Below are positions 1-13,060 of a stretch of 64,000 nt of DNA, one piece after another. Source of the stretch: Mobula birostris (lineage: Eukaryota); contig NC_092370.1 of the NCBI RefSeq assembly GCF_030028105.1, forward strand, positions 130,859,522 to 130,923,521. Direction: 5' to 3'. The first letter of the stretch is position 1, and every line of letters starts with the position of its first letter. The notes beneath the pieces were generated by a model. It did no database searches, was not told the origin of the DNA, and saw only the letters and a list, made by a program, of their open reading frames with translations. The translations under genes and the position numbers were made by a program.

Positions 1-230
1 GGGAAAGAAGACTGCATGGCCTGGATAGTGGAGATCATCTATATCCAGCCCCAGTTCCTTGATCCAACTTGTCAAAAGCTGCAGCTGGGTCCACAGATGT
101 AGTTATTATTGATATTGTGAGGTTCCTCGACTTCCCATATCTTGCAGGAGTGTTCCACTGCCCTAACTTCCACCCTGCCTACATGTTCAGTTTGTCAAGC
201 TCTCTGGAACCACGGTTTCAGCTGGAGACA
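1..230 (-). mobile_element. Degenerate CR1-type LINE ORF1 (N-terminal zinc-finger/coiled-coil) fragment
   Basis: Reverse complement resembles the start of the intact CR1 ORF1 at 63261 (tacatctgtg...cagctgcagctt...ggaactggggctg...gatgatctc). Confidence 0.55.
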
Positions 231-589
231 AAACCATGTTCCCAACCCCTGCTGTTCTCAATCCTAACTCTAAATCTGGCTGTATACTGCTTATTCATAT
301 TTCACTGCATGCTCACAAGAAATCAGATGTAACCTTCTCAAAGCAAATCGGATTCACCCAACACCACAGGAGAAAGCTTGAGCTACACACTATATTTGAC
401 AAAACTCAGTCAGCAGAGAGCAATAGTAAGGGGGCCTTTGCAAATCAGATAAATTACAGAGCTTATACATAGAGCTTGTCAATTATTTTGATCAGTCCAA
501 AACAACAGTCTTAATTCAAACAAGGGAAACTATATCAGTACAAGAGATGAGTTGGCTAAGAAAAGTACTTGAAATCTTTGGCAATAAGC

Positions 590-910
590 TATGGGAGCAG
601 AATTTCCCCATTCAGCCCATCAGCTCTATTTTACCAATTATAGCTGATTTTTTTCAACCTCATTCTCTCTCTTCTCCACATAATCCGTAACCCCTCCTTA
701 TCAATCAAGAACCCATCAATCTCTGCTTTAAACACACATGATGACTTGGTCTCCAATGCTCTTTGATACAACGAATTCCACAGATTTATCACCATCTGGC
801 TGAAGAAATTCCTCCTCATCTCAGTTGTGAAGGGGTATTCCTTTATTCTGGGGCTGTGCCCTAGGATCCCAGGCTTCCCAACTGATAGAGACCATGTCTT
901 CTCCAGGTCT
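590..910 (-). mobile_element. CR1 LINE 3' end fragment
   Basis: ORF 631-957(-) contains GHSPRIKEYPFTTEMRRNFFSQMVINLWNSL, the typical CR1 ORF2 C-terminus. Confidence 0.8.
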
Positions 911-1526
911 TTCAATTGTCTTTGCATGCTCAGCCTGTCGAAGTTTTCTTCAGACACTTTGGAGGTGAAGTTGGAGCAGGATAGATATAAATAAAGTCTT
1001 CTTAAATATTCCCTTGGGAATCATGGATAATTTGTTTCTACTCAATGTCTGTGTACTCTAAAGGAGCTCATGAGGCCAATTTGAAATATTCAGTCCCTAC
1101 CACCAGTGGAGCAGGTGCTCAACAGGGTGTATCAGTGAGAAAACATGCATTTCCAGCATTAAAGCTGTTTTGTGTGTCCTCCCAATACATGGAGGTAAGA
1201 TTAATAATGCCATCCCAAAAAATTCTTTATAATTTTGAACACTCTTGGACTAGGAATTTTCACGAGTCTTTGGGGATATTACACGTTTTTCAAAGAGGCT
1301 TAGAAAACTGTTAATTGGCAAGACAGAGTCTGAAATAAATCTACAGAATCTGGTGTTAGGTAAATGACTGACCAAGTCTGCCTACAGGAGTAGTTCAGTT
1401 GTAATTAGGGCCACAGTGAAAGTTCATTGCCTGCAAGAAGAAATAAATATTTATTCAATCTACCTGCCAGTGAACTTGGAAGATTTTGCACAACTAGAAT
1501 TCAAATTTAAAGTCAAAGTAAATATA

Positions 1527-2043
1527 CACTTACTGGCTACTTTATTAGGTACACCTTTACACTTGCTTGTTAATGCAAATATGTAATCAGCTGGTCATGC
1601 ACCAGCAACTCAGTGCATAAAAGCGTGCAGACATGGTCAAGATATTCACTTGTTGTTCAGACCAAGCATCAGCATGGGGAGGAAATGTGATCTCAATGAC
1701 TTTGACTGTGAAATGGTTGTTGGTGCCAGTCAGGGAGGTTTGAGTATCTCAGAAACTGTGATCTCCTGGGATTTCCATACACGACAGTCTCTAGATTTTA
1801 CAGAGAATGGTGCAAAAAAACAAAATTTATCTAGCAAGTGGTGGCTCTGTGAGTGAAAACGTCTTATTAATGAGAGAGATCAGAGGAGAACGACCAGACT
1901 GATTCAAGCTAACAGTAAGAAAACGGTAACTCAGATAACCATGTGTTACAGCAGTGGTGTACAGAGAGCATCTCTGAATGCACAAAATGTCAAGTCTTGA
2001 AGAAGATGGGCTAGGATGTACCTAATAAAGTGACCACTGAATA
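1527..2043 (+). mobile_element. Non-autonomous Tc1/mariner deletion derivative
   Basis: Terminal inverted repeats cacttactggctactttattaggtaca / tgtacctaataaagtgaccactga flanked by TA. The interior encodes a Tc1 N-terminal HTH-like peptide (MGRKCDLNDFDCEMVVGA). Sister copies at 42762 and 56395. Confidence 0.8.
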
Positions 2044-3239
2044 TATATGTTACCATATACTACCTTGCGATTCTTGTACGCATCTAGAGGAAAATAACGG
2101 AATACAATAGAATTTATGAAAAATATACACAAAGACTGACAAACAACCTGCGTAAAAAATAAGACAAATTATGCAAAGAAAAAATAAATACTGAGAACAT
2201 GAGTTGTAGAGTCATTGATTGTAGATTGTAGCATCTCTGCAGTACCTTGAGGTGTTGAGATAGTGATCTATGTGTCAGAAGCATACAAAAAGATAAGGAT
2301 TACCACTGCCCAGAAGACCATGGCATATCTTGATCTTCAAATATCTTTTTTTCTTCAGAAGACCAAAGATTATGCTGGGACACAGAAAGCAAAGATGAAA
2401 TTCACCATAGGACAGTAAATAAGAATTACTAACTTTGATAAATGTATAAATCATCTAGAAATATACATTTTGAAGAAATAAAAATGCCAAGGAAGAAGCA
2501 TTCCATGTGCAATAAACAAAAGAAGTTAAAAATAATAAGCAGAAAAGCCTGGAAATACCCATGAGGTCAGACAGCGACAATCCAACGTCCTTACATTGAA
2601 ACAGTTAGCAATTAAAGATCATTGAGACTCAGAACATTGGCAATTCTCCTCTCCCTCAATCCCACAGATACTGCTCAACCCTCTGAGTTCCTCCAGCATT
2701 TTGTTCTTCTTTTTTTGCTCCAGATTCTAGCATCTGAAACCTCTTGTGTCTTCTAGTTATCTCAAGGATTGAGAGGATTTTATTATTCAGGAAATGATAA
2801 CCAAGAAATTAATCATGGAAAATAAAATACAGTAAAAGATTCCAACAATATGAAAAGCATTAGCGAGTTATTTCATCTTCCATTCTTCCATGATCTCTTC
2901 TTCCTTTGTATAAAATTCTTGTCCAATATTCTCAGTCGCCCTTTGTCCCTGTCATCTCATATATCCTTTCTCCTGCTAACAGTAATCACAGATAAAGAAC
3001 TCCTGATCACGTCCACGCCCATGTATTGTTCTCCATCTAAAATCTCAGAATAGTTATAGCAAACGCAGGTGTCCATGCAGCCTGTTTAGTTTGTATTAGC
3101 TCTACAGCAGAATAATTGAGCTGGCCCCTCTCTCCGTAGCATTGCAAATTATTTCTCAAAAGATATTCATTTATTCAACTCCCTACAGAATACTAAAATT
3201 AAATCTTCCTCCACTTATGTTGGTTGAGGTCAACCATAG

Positions 3240-4780
3240 ATGTTACGTCCCAGCTATCTAGTTATTGGTGCAGCGCCGTCAGTAGCTGACGAGATGAATG
3301 CGAGAGTAGCAGTCTCTGTTGCAAAGGTCACATCCATAAGCAGTTCCTTTCTATGAGCTTGTTTGTCTTCTGCTGCTTTCATGAATTTGTCCAGCCTGAC
3401 TTAAGGTGTTGTTTCAGGGTGCTTCTACATCTACTGCAGTTAGCTTCCAGTTCTTCCCAGGACTCAGTGTTAATATCCAGCCCCTCATGTTCCCCTTGCA
3501 GACATCCTTATAGCACAGTTGCTCGTGGCCAGTTGTTATGTTGCCTGAAGTCTGCTCACCATAGCGGATATCTTTTGGGATGGGGCCATCCTGCATTCAG
3601 CAGACATGACCCAGCCAGTGCAGCCTACATTGTGTGAGCAGAATGCATATGCCAGGGAGGCCAGCATGAGAGAACCTCAGCATTGGGTACTTCTTTCCCT
3701 CCAGTTGCCCAAGATACGATGATGTCCCCTTAAATAAAAAGTGCCAAGCCTTCTCTCCTGCTTAGCATATGATGTCCAAGCCTCGCAGCTGTACAGCAGT
3801 GTGCTGGCGACACAAGTGTTGTAAATTGTTATCTTTGCTTAACTGAGTTTGGAGTTCTCCCAGTCTCCTGGTGAGGCAGGCAAGTGTTCATGCAGCCTTT
3901 CCAATATGCTTGCCAAATTCTGCATTGAAGGAGAGGTTATCACTGATTATGGACCCCAAGTATGTCAACTAATGAACAACACCGTCTTTGAATTTACGAC
4001 TGGTAATGACTGATGTCCTGTCCCAAACTGTTTGTCTTTTTCAGGATGATAGTCAGCCCAAATCCCTTGCCGGCCTGGGAGAAGCAATCCATCAAGCTCA
4101 GGGATGTTGTGGAGAGTGGGTTGCGACTGCAAACATCATCAGCAAACAGCATGTCTCTAATCATACCCTCGAGCACTTTGGTTTGGATCCTAGGCAAGCA
4201 AGGTTAAAAAGCCAGCCATCTAATCTAGTGCGGAGGTAAGTCCCCTCTTTTGCAGTGTAAAATGCATGCCTCAGAAGAGCAAAGAAGACCCTGAAGAGCA
4301 TGGGGCAAGAACACAGCCTTGCTTAACACTACTAATTATGTCAAAGGGCTCCAAAGGGTTGCCACTGTACTGCACAGTCCCTTTCACATTGTTGTGGAAG
4401 GATTTGATCATGGTCTGTAGTCTTAGTGGGCAGCTTAACTTAGAGAGGATCTGAAAGAGCCCATCTCTGCTGATCTAGTCAAATGCCTTGATCAATAAAC
4501 GCAATGTAGAGCGGTTGCTTTTGTTCTCCGCAATTCCGGAGCTAGTGGGGAGAAAATCTATAGTTGACTTTCCAACACAGAAGCCACTCTGTGACTCCAG
4601 GTAGACGGGTTCAGCCAACTTCTTTACCAACAACATTCAAGAGAGAGATGCCCTTGTAGTTGTTACAGTCAATTCTCCTACCTTTGTTTTTGTAGAAGGT
4701 AATGACCTTGGCATCTTTCTTATCCTGTGTTACAGCTCCCCCCTGCCAGCAGTGACAGAAGACTACATGCAGTAGGGTAA
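3240..4780 (-). mobile_element. RTE-clade LINE, 3' part (reverse transcriptase), degenerate
   Basis: Minus-strand peptides IRDMLFADD (RT catalytic motif) and DGPIPKDIRYGE; frameshifted. Coding sequence continues at about 7190 across a CR1 insertion. Confidence 0.8.
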
Positions 4781-4782
4781 TC

Positions 4783-7190
4783 CATAAGATATAGCAGCAG
4801 AATTAGGCCATTTGGGCCCTCAAGTCTGCCCCGTCATTTCACCATAGCTGATCCACTTACCTCCTGTCTTCTCCCTGTATTCTTTCGTGCCCTGACTAAT
4901 CAAAAATCTATCAACCTCTGCCTTAAGTGTACCTAAAGAATTGACCTCCACAGCTGCCTGTGGCAATGAATTCCACAGACTCACTGCTCTCTGGCTGAAG
5001 AGATTCCTTCTCATCTGTATTCTAAAGGGACGTGCCTCTATTCTGAGCCTGTGTCCTCTGGTCCTGGACTCTCTGGTTCTCTTGAAATGAATGCTAACAT
5101 TGCATTTGCCTTCCTCACCACTGACTGAATCTGCAAACTAACCTTGAGAGAATCCTACACAAGGACTCCCAAATCACTGTGCATCTGATTTTTGAATTTT
5201 CTCTCCATTTAGAAAATAGCGTACCCTTTTATTCCTTCTATCAAAGTGCATGACTATACACTTCCCGACACTATCCCATCTACCACTTTCTTGACCATTC
5301 TCCTAATCTGTCTAAGTTCTTCTGCAGCATCTCTATTTCCTCAAAACTACCTGCCCTTCCACTTATCTTCCTATCATCCGCAAGCTTTGCAACAAAACCA
5401 TCAATTCCATCATCCAAGTCATTGACATACAACATAAAAAGAACTGGTCCCAACAGAGACCCCTATGGAACACCACTAGTTACTGGCAGCCAACCAGAAA
5501 AGGTTCCCTTTATTCCCATTCGTTGCCTCCTGCCAATCATCCAATCTTCTATCCATGTTAGTATCTTTCCTGTACTACCATGGGCTCGTAACTTGTTAAG
5601 CAGCCTCATGCGTGGCACCTTGTCAAAGGCCTTCTGAAAATCCAAGTACACAACATCCACCAATTCTCCTCTGTCTATCCTGCTTGTTATTTCTTCAAAG
5701 AATTCCAAAAGATTAGTTAGGCAAGACTTTTCCTTGACGAAACCGTGCTGATTACAACCTATTTTATCATGTGCTTCCAAATAGCCTAAAACCACATCCT
5801 TAACAATCAACTCCAATATCTTCCCAACTACTGAGGTCAGACCAACTGGCCTATAATTTCCTTTTTTCTGCCTCTCTCACTTCTTGAAGAGTGGAGTGAC
5901 ATTCGTAATTTTCCAGTCTTCCGGAACCATTCCGGAATCTAGTGATTCTTGAGGGATCATTATTAATGTATCCAGTCTTTTCAGCCACCTCTTTCAGAAC
6001 CCCAGATGCATACCATCTGGCCCAAGTGACCTATCTACTTTCAGACCTTTCAGTTTCAAGAACCTTCTTCCTAATAATGGCAACTTCACACACTTCTGCC
6101 CTTTACACTCTGGAACTTCCACCATACTGCTAGTGTCTTCCACAGTGAAGACTCTTGCAAAATACTTATTCAGTTTGTTCGCCATTTCCTTGTACCCAAT
6201 CACTATCTCTCCAGCAACATTTTCCAGTAGTCCAATATCCACTCTCACCTCTCTTTCACACTTTATGTCTCTGAAGAAGATTTTGGTATTCTCTTTAATA
6301 ATATTGGTTAGCTTACTTTCGTATTCCATCTTTTCTTCTTAATGACTTTTTAGCTGACTTTCATTGGTTTTAAAAACTTCCCAATCCTCTAACTTTTGCT
6401 CTGTTATAGCTCTCTCTTTGGCCTTTATGCTGACTTTGACTTCTCACGTTAGTCACGGTTGAGGCATCTTGCCTTTACTGTTTGGGATGTATAGATCCTG
6501 TGCCTTCCAAATTGCTTCCAAAAATTCCAGTCATTGCTGCTCTGCTGTCATCTCTGCCCGTGTCCTTTTCCAATCAAGCCAGCTCCTCTCTCCTGCCTCT
6601 ATAATTCCCTTTACTCCACTGTAATACTGATACATCTGACTTTAGCTTCTCCTTTTCAAATTTCAAGGTGAAATCAATCATAATATGATAACTTTCCCCT
6701 AAGGGTTCCCTTACCTTAATCCCTCTAATCAATTCTGGCTCATTGCACAACACTCAATCCAGAATATCTGATCCCCTAGTGGGCTCAACCATGAGCTATT
6801 CTAAAAAGCCACCTCGTAGGCATTCTAGAAAATCCCCCTCTTGGGATCCGGCACCAACCTGATTTTCCTAATCTACCTGCATATTGAAATCCCCCGTGAC
6901 TATTGTAACATTGCCCTTTTTGGCATGCATTTTCTACCTCCCATTGTAATTTGTAGACCACATCCTTACTACTTTTTGGGAGTCTGTAAACAACACCCAT
7001 CAGGGTCTTTTTACCCTTCCAACCCTATCTCACCTCTTTCTAATGACTTGATTTCATTTTTTACCAACAGAACCATGCCACTCCCTCTGCCTACTTAACT
7101 GTCCTTTCGATACAATGTGTATCCTTGGATGTTAAGCTCTCAGCTATAATCTTCTTTTAGCCACGTATCAGTGATGCTCACAACATCAGA
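4783..7190 (-). mobile_element. CR1 LINE ORF2 fragment nested in the RTE element
   Basis: Peptides QHGFVKEKSCLTNLLEFFEE, DVVYLDFQKAFDKVP, VTSGVP and RRNLFSQRAVSLWNSLP; CR1 3' tail near 4783. Confidence 0.9.
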
Positions 7191-9560
7191 CATATCACGC
7201 AGTGTTTGATCTGGCCTGGGGAAATTCCATCATTACTTGCTGCCTTACCTGAGGCCAAGCTGACGATGGCCTCGCTGAGCTCCTCTGGGGTTGGCGCTGT
7301 GTCCAGTTCTTCCATTGTCAGCAGGCACTCAGGAGTCCGGGGCTGAGATGGTGACAGTGTTCACTCTGGAGCTGAGGTCAGAGTAATGTTCTATCCATCT
7401 CTCCACCTGTTTGCCCCGACTGTAATTACTTCCCCATTGATGAATTTGAGGCAACACATCCTGCTCTGAGATGGGCTGAAGGCTTTCTTAGTGCCATCAT
7501 ACATACCCCCGATATTGCTGGTCGGTGTTACAGTCTGGATGTCTTCACTGAACTGCATCCAGTACTTGGCGCAGCGCCTGGCAGTCTGCCGAACTTTTAG
7601 CATCCTTCCTTTCAGTTGGTGAATGCTTATACTCAGCTGGGGCAGCACGATTGGATTCAGTGATGGGGGATATCTTGTTGGACATGGCTTTGGACCAGTC
7701 ACTTCTTTCGGAGGTCTTCCTTCCACATGTAGCCAAGGCTGTGCTGCAGATGGCGTTCCATTTCTCTGCGAAAGAGTTTTCAGGCTGCTGGGCACTCAGC
7801 TCTTTCTTGAAGGCCTTAGCAAACTACTCCAGACATCTTGCTGACATCAATGCAAGGGTTTTCTTCTTGTTTAGTATGGTGGAATTTCTTTGACTGCGGT
7901 CTGATCTTGAAACACACCAGCACGTGGTCTGTGCTGCAGTCTGTTCGACGGTAGGAACGCGTTTAAAGCAGGCAGCTGAAGGAGGAGCACCTGACTAGGA
8001 TCAAGTCTAGCTGGTGCCAGTGTCTGGAGCGAGGGTGTCTCCAGGAAACCTTGTGTTGAAACTTGGTCTGGAAGTATGAGCTGGTGATACATAGATCATG
8101 ATAGGTGCAGAACTCCAGCAATCGGTGTCTGCTCTCACTCATCTTGCCTACATTGTGACCTAGGCAGGAGGTCCATAAGTCACGATCTGCACCACCCCTG
8201 GCACTGAACACACCCAGGAGAACAAAATGTTCTTAGCTGGGGGTACTCCTTACAGTGGCTGCAAGGTTCTCATAAAACACATTCTTTGCCTCACATGTGG
8301 GGCACAGCGTGGGAACGTACACACTGGTGAGAGTAACTGGATGTTTGGTGATGTTGAGGTGAAGAGTAAGAGTTACTCAGATGCAATGCTGCTTGGTTTC
8401 ACCATCTTCAACAATGTGTTCCTCACCACAAAGCTTACTCCATGCTCTCTGGGCTCATCAGGGCCCTTGCCTTGCCAGAAAAAGGTGTAGTCTTTCTTCT
8501 TTAATGTGCCTGAGTCAGCCAGATGCATCTCCTGGAGGTTGGCTATGTCTACATGAAGTCTTTCGAGCTCCTTGTTTATTACAGCTGTCTTCCTGACATT
8601 ACAAATATATTGGAGGGTATCAGAGAGGCCAGTTATGATTATCCAAACAATCCAACATTCCAATTTTAGAGCTGGTCTCTTTCATTGTGTTGTCTTGCCC
8701 GGTGAAGTACATTCAGTCTGCAGTTCAGATGAAACTAATCCCCATTCACCCAATGAGGAAAGCAGGCCGTGGTGGCACAGCACCTTTTTGACTGGGGGCT
8801 GCCCAGCTTAAGGCAGGCGGTAGCTGTCCAGTGAGATCCAAGCATCTCCCCCACTGTCGGAAGCAACCCCTGGCACCACCCACACGCTACGTCAATCGAA
8901 CATTGTGGGCCATAACTGGTATTTGCTGCTTCCCATGTTGTGTTAACGCCACAAGGCGAAGCAGGGGTGTTCTCTCCTGAATATTGTTGACGTCGCAAGG
9001 TGAGGTTGATATTCAAGCCAGTACGCAAGCTAAGCTAGTACAATATGGAGAGCAAGCTGTTGATCATGTAGCAGACTCCACCTTTCCACGCAGTCGAGGA
9101 ATCCAAAGCAACGGCAGAGACTGACACTGCTTGGCACCAGCGGCATTGCACAAGTTGCCAGTCAGCATCGATCTCAATATAGGCCTGCCTTAGTGACTCC
9201 AGCTCCAGATTTTAACCCCAGGTTTACTCCTGAAGCCTTCCCTATGAGTGGGTATAGCCACAAGGCAGCACCAATTTATCAGGGTTCTCCTTCTCCTAGA
9301 TGAGCTTTCAACCACGGCTGACAAGCCCCATCTACCCAAAGCAACTAGTTTTAAGGTGCCGGTAACCCGCTTTGCCCTTCTCCTGTCAGTAGGAACGGTC
9401 CTACCAGGCTTAGTAGCTAAGCCACACATGAAGCATGAAGGGGAGCTGGACTTGATTGTCAGAGGCTATTTGAGACACACAGCATTTGGGAGCATTTAAT
9501 AGATAGTGGGAGTTTATCCCCACTTACCACCATCCCCCTCACCCCCACCGGCTATGACAA
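7190..9560 (-). mobile_element. RTE-clade LINE, 5' part (AP endonuclease and 5' region), degenerate
   Basis: Peptides VDIANLQEMHLADSGTLKKKDYTFFWQGK and LCITSSYFQTKFQHKVSWRHPRSRHWHQLDLILVR, typical of the RTE AP endonuclease. The 5' boundary is uncertain. Confidence 0.8.
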
Positions 9561-10559
9561 CTTTAAGGAACTTCCACCACTACAACATATTCCATATGAT
9601 ATTAACTCACTGCTTTTTTTTGCATGTCACTTTTAGCTCTTTTGTCAATCCGTTTCATTCTATGTACCACAGAGCAGCTGTCAGTGCTGAAGAGATTAAA
9701 GTCAAGAAGACACAAGCAGTAAGATCCAGAAGAGCACAGGTATTTTTGTTCAATTGCTTTTCAACAAATGGAGTCTGTCAATTTTCTACTTGAGTTTGCT
9801 AATGGTGAACGACCAACTGAGGTAACCACAAAATTACGTCCAAAAAAAGGGGCACACAGAAATCCTACGCAAAAACCAAAAGAGCTGGAAAATTCAGCAT
9901 GTCAGACTGCTTCTATGGAGAGAGAAAATGGTTCAAGTCAATGGTTCTAATCAGTAACCGTTCAGCAAAACAGAAAAACACTCAAAAAATGTTCTTAAAG
10001 TGGTGAGCAGGGGATGCGATGGAAAGAGAACATTTGTGATAGAGCACTGACAAAGAAACACATACAAAATGCTGGAGGAATTCAGCAGGTCAGGTATTGA
10101 CCAAGGTTGCCCTGGTAAAGAGATGTGACCGAGAGAGTAACAAATTGGACATCATGAAGTGTTTGAATACAGTAAATAATGGCAGAAAGACCAAGAGCTG
10201 AAGGACACAAATTTAAGGTGATTAGCAAAAAAACAAAGGACACGAGGAGATGTACACCAATGATCTGAAATTCAGTTTGAACTGAAAACAGACTCAGTTT
10301 TGGCTTTCAAAAGTTAATGAGATAAATTCCAAAGTAATAGTGCTTACAACACATATCAAAGATTGGCAGAATAAATAGGTTTTATTTGACAGATCAATAA
10401 ACGTTTACATATTAGGTAAAGGGAATGAAATAAATACCTAAATAATAAGTAACTGACGGTGTTTAGAACATATATCAAAGACTGAAAGAACATTTAAGAC
10501 AAAGACCAATAGATTTTTACATATTAGGTGAATGAAGCACTATGGGTTTAATACAGATG

Positions 10560-11300
10560 TGGTGATATAACTGTACAGTCCCGACCTTACTGCATCGAAA
10601 ACACGAGATACCGAATGGCTTTTCCAATTTTAACCGGTGTACTTTTTCAAACAAAACAGCGCAAACTCAGTGTGCGGACCGGGAACTCCTATGCTGGAAT
10701 TATTCTATATTGCAAATACAGGTACGATAAACCATGCGTGTATAAGGCACAGGAGTTTTTTTTCATAGCTGCCATCTTGTAAACATTGTAATTTGCGACT
10801 TTTTGAAACAGCGATCCCCATACTTTAAAGTTTGTAGTTTAATATCGGACGCTCTTACAAGTTCTGTCTTCCATTAATCAAAAACAAGCCGAAAGTTTTA
10901 AAAGAGAAAATAAAAGCGTTGCCCAGCGTGGCGCGTTTCCATGGAAACCCAAAGCCCAACGCCGATGGAAATGAACAAGTTATTAATTTTAATTTAAAAT
11001 ACGCGTCTTTCTTCAGGATATAGCTACAATACGTAAGTTAATGGACAGTTATCTAAAAGTTTGTACCTGCACATTCACACGAGACCTCCCAAAGGAAAAT
11101 CCAAAGTCTCTTAATTCCTTTCTACCCAGAAACCTACGCGGCGGAAACGGAGAGAACCTCAGTACGTCATCGGCGCGAAATTTGAAACTCAGAAATGTAG
11201 CACTTCCCCTACGGGAAAGTACGTCCAGTACCCCAAACTTTGATTATGTTTCATCGATGTATTTTATTCTCTCTCCGGCAGCGATGTAATCCAATATCAC
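10560..11300 (-). promoter_or_regulatory. CpG-rich promoter, probably of SPAG1 (by synteny)
   Basis: Local CpG enrichment in otherwise CpG-poor DNA. Perfect palindromic RFX X-box GTTTCCATGGAAAC at 10935-10948; E2F-like GGCGCGAAA followed by CHR TTTGAA at 11172-11186; CCAAT at 11291. SPAG1 follows POLR2K on the same strand in human. No SPAG1 coding exon was recognised in the window, so gene and strand are inferred. Confidence 0.55.
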
Positions 11301-11724
11301 CTACCACCCTCTCTTACCTCTGGCTGAACCCTGATCCAGACATCGTGCCAGCACCAAGATTGTACCTTTCCGCAGTATCAGTTGACTCTAAAATGATCAA
11401 TATACTGTACATCCAAAATCGTCACGCAAATCATTCTTGCACTTCACTTTTTCAATACTCAGCCTCATTTTCTCCAACGGAGGTAAAATTGTGGTCAACC
11501 AAAATTTATGTCGATGTTGTCCCTCCTAAAACAATAGTCTCAAAACTAGTATTCTTCCTTCGCAGCATCACCGTTTACTACAGCTTTCCAATCTTTCAAA
11601 TCTTGTCTCATTTGTTCTCCATCACTGGCAGACCTACTTTCAGCTACCTAGGTTCTAAACTCATCCGTCTTTCTTCTTCCATTTAAGACTGTTCCAGAGG
11701 TAGTTTGGCTATAACAAGGTATAT

Positions 11725-12047
11725 ACATAGAAACATACATAGAAAATAGGTGCAGGAGTAGGCCATTCGGCCCTTCGAGCCTGCACCACCATTTATTATG
11801 ATCATGGCTGATCATCCAACTCAGAACCCCGCCCCAGCCTTCCCTCCATACCCCCTGACCCCCGTAGCCACAAGGGCCATATCTAACTCCCTCTTAAATA
11901 TAGCCAATGAACTGGTCTCAACTGTTTCCTGTGGCAGAGAATTCCACAGATTCACCACTCTCTGTGTGAAGAAGTTTTTCCTAATCTCGGTCCTAAAAGG
12001 CTTCCCCTCTATCCTCAAACTGTGGCCCCTCGTTCTGGACTTCCCCA
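11725..12047 (-). mobile_element. Young 5'-truncated CR1 LINE 3' end
   Basis: Uninterrupted peptide SRTRGHSLRIEGKPFRTEIRKNFFTQRVVNLWNSLP, followed by a 3' UTR and a short (tttctatg)-like repeat tail. Confidence 0.85.
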
Positions 12048-12055
12048 TATGATGC

Positions 12056-12317
12056 TGTAAGATTACGATCTCATTGTTGGTGTTTGATATTTAAGTAATA
12101 TTGTAAATCTATTGCTTGATTGAGTATTCTTTGGTTAAATAATTAATTACGAAGTATCTGTAAAAGTATGTGAATGGCATACTTAAGTGTATAAGTGTGC
12201 TTATACTTATTGTATAAGTGTGCGCCTCACTGGTTAAAAAAAAACGTACATGAGTTATGCCCAGCTCCGTGTTTTTCTTTCAATTAGTTTTATGTTTTGG
12301 AGTTACAAAACATAACA
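12056..12317 (+). mobile_element. Probable solo LTR of a Gypsy-type element
   Basis: TG...CA termini (tgtaag...cataaca). Similar to the reverse complement of the paired LTRs at 52460-52675 and 54915-55110. No clear target-site duplication. Confidence 0.55.
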
Positions 12318-12739
12318 CTCTTAAATACTGTATCAGCCGCTTACTCTTTTGAATGCAAGACTCTTTGTGATAGCTTTCAAAGTTAGATTGGATACATCAG
12401 TTGAATATATGTAGCTGTTGCAGTTCCTGCCACCTGGTTAGTTTGCACATTTCACATGAAAAATAATTGAATCTACATACTACACAGGCCATGAGGTTCA
12501 GAGTATAGGTGAGATTGCGTGAACCACACAAAAAAAGTGTGCTGTCCAAAGAGTGATACTTCAAGCTTAAGAGAATGGGAAATTCTGGTGGACCTTGTGG
12601 AAAATGACCCTGGCTAGATATCAAAGATAAATTTTATTCACTATCTACATTCACATGTATTAGGAATTTGTTGTGGTGTGTTATTCAGGTGCAACATGAT
12701 AAAATGGCATTCAACAATTATAAATAATAATAATGGGCA

Positions 12740-13060
12740 ACCTCACACCCAAACATCAGATAATATGGCGAGTATCCAGTAGCTTCATTCCGTGTACAGT
12801 TGTAACAATGAACCAGATGCCCAATATGTTGACTCCACCTGCTCTTCTTGCTGATCTCCAGGGTCCCAAGCATGTCGAGCAAGGACCCATTAAACCTCTC
12901 AGGCTGGGATCACCCTGTGGGTGATAGGGCGTGGACCTCAACTTCTCAACTCCAAGCATTCCCAGGAACTCATAGATGAGTCTGCTCTCGAAGTCCCGTC
13001 CCTGGTCACTATGTATCCGCCTGGGTAGGCCATAATAAATGAAATGCTTCTCCCATAATT
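12740..13060 (-). mobile_element. Gypsy LTR-retrotransposon integrase fragment
   Basis: ORF 12756-13121(-) contains YGLPRRIHSDQGRDFES...STPYHPQGD, the rve integrase core. Confidence 0.85.

Noticed and set aside
11041-11686. 82-aa and 148-aa plus-strand ORFs at the orphan promoter
   Set aside because: No similarity to any protein I recognise; best explained as chance ORFs across promoter sequence.
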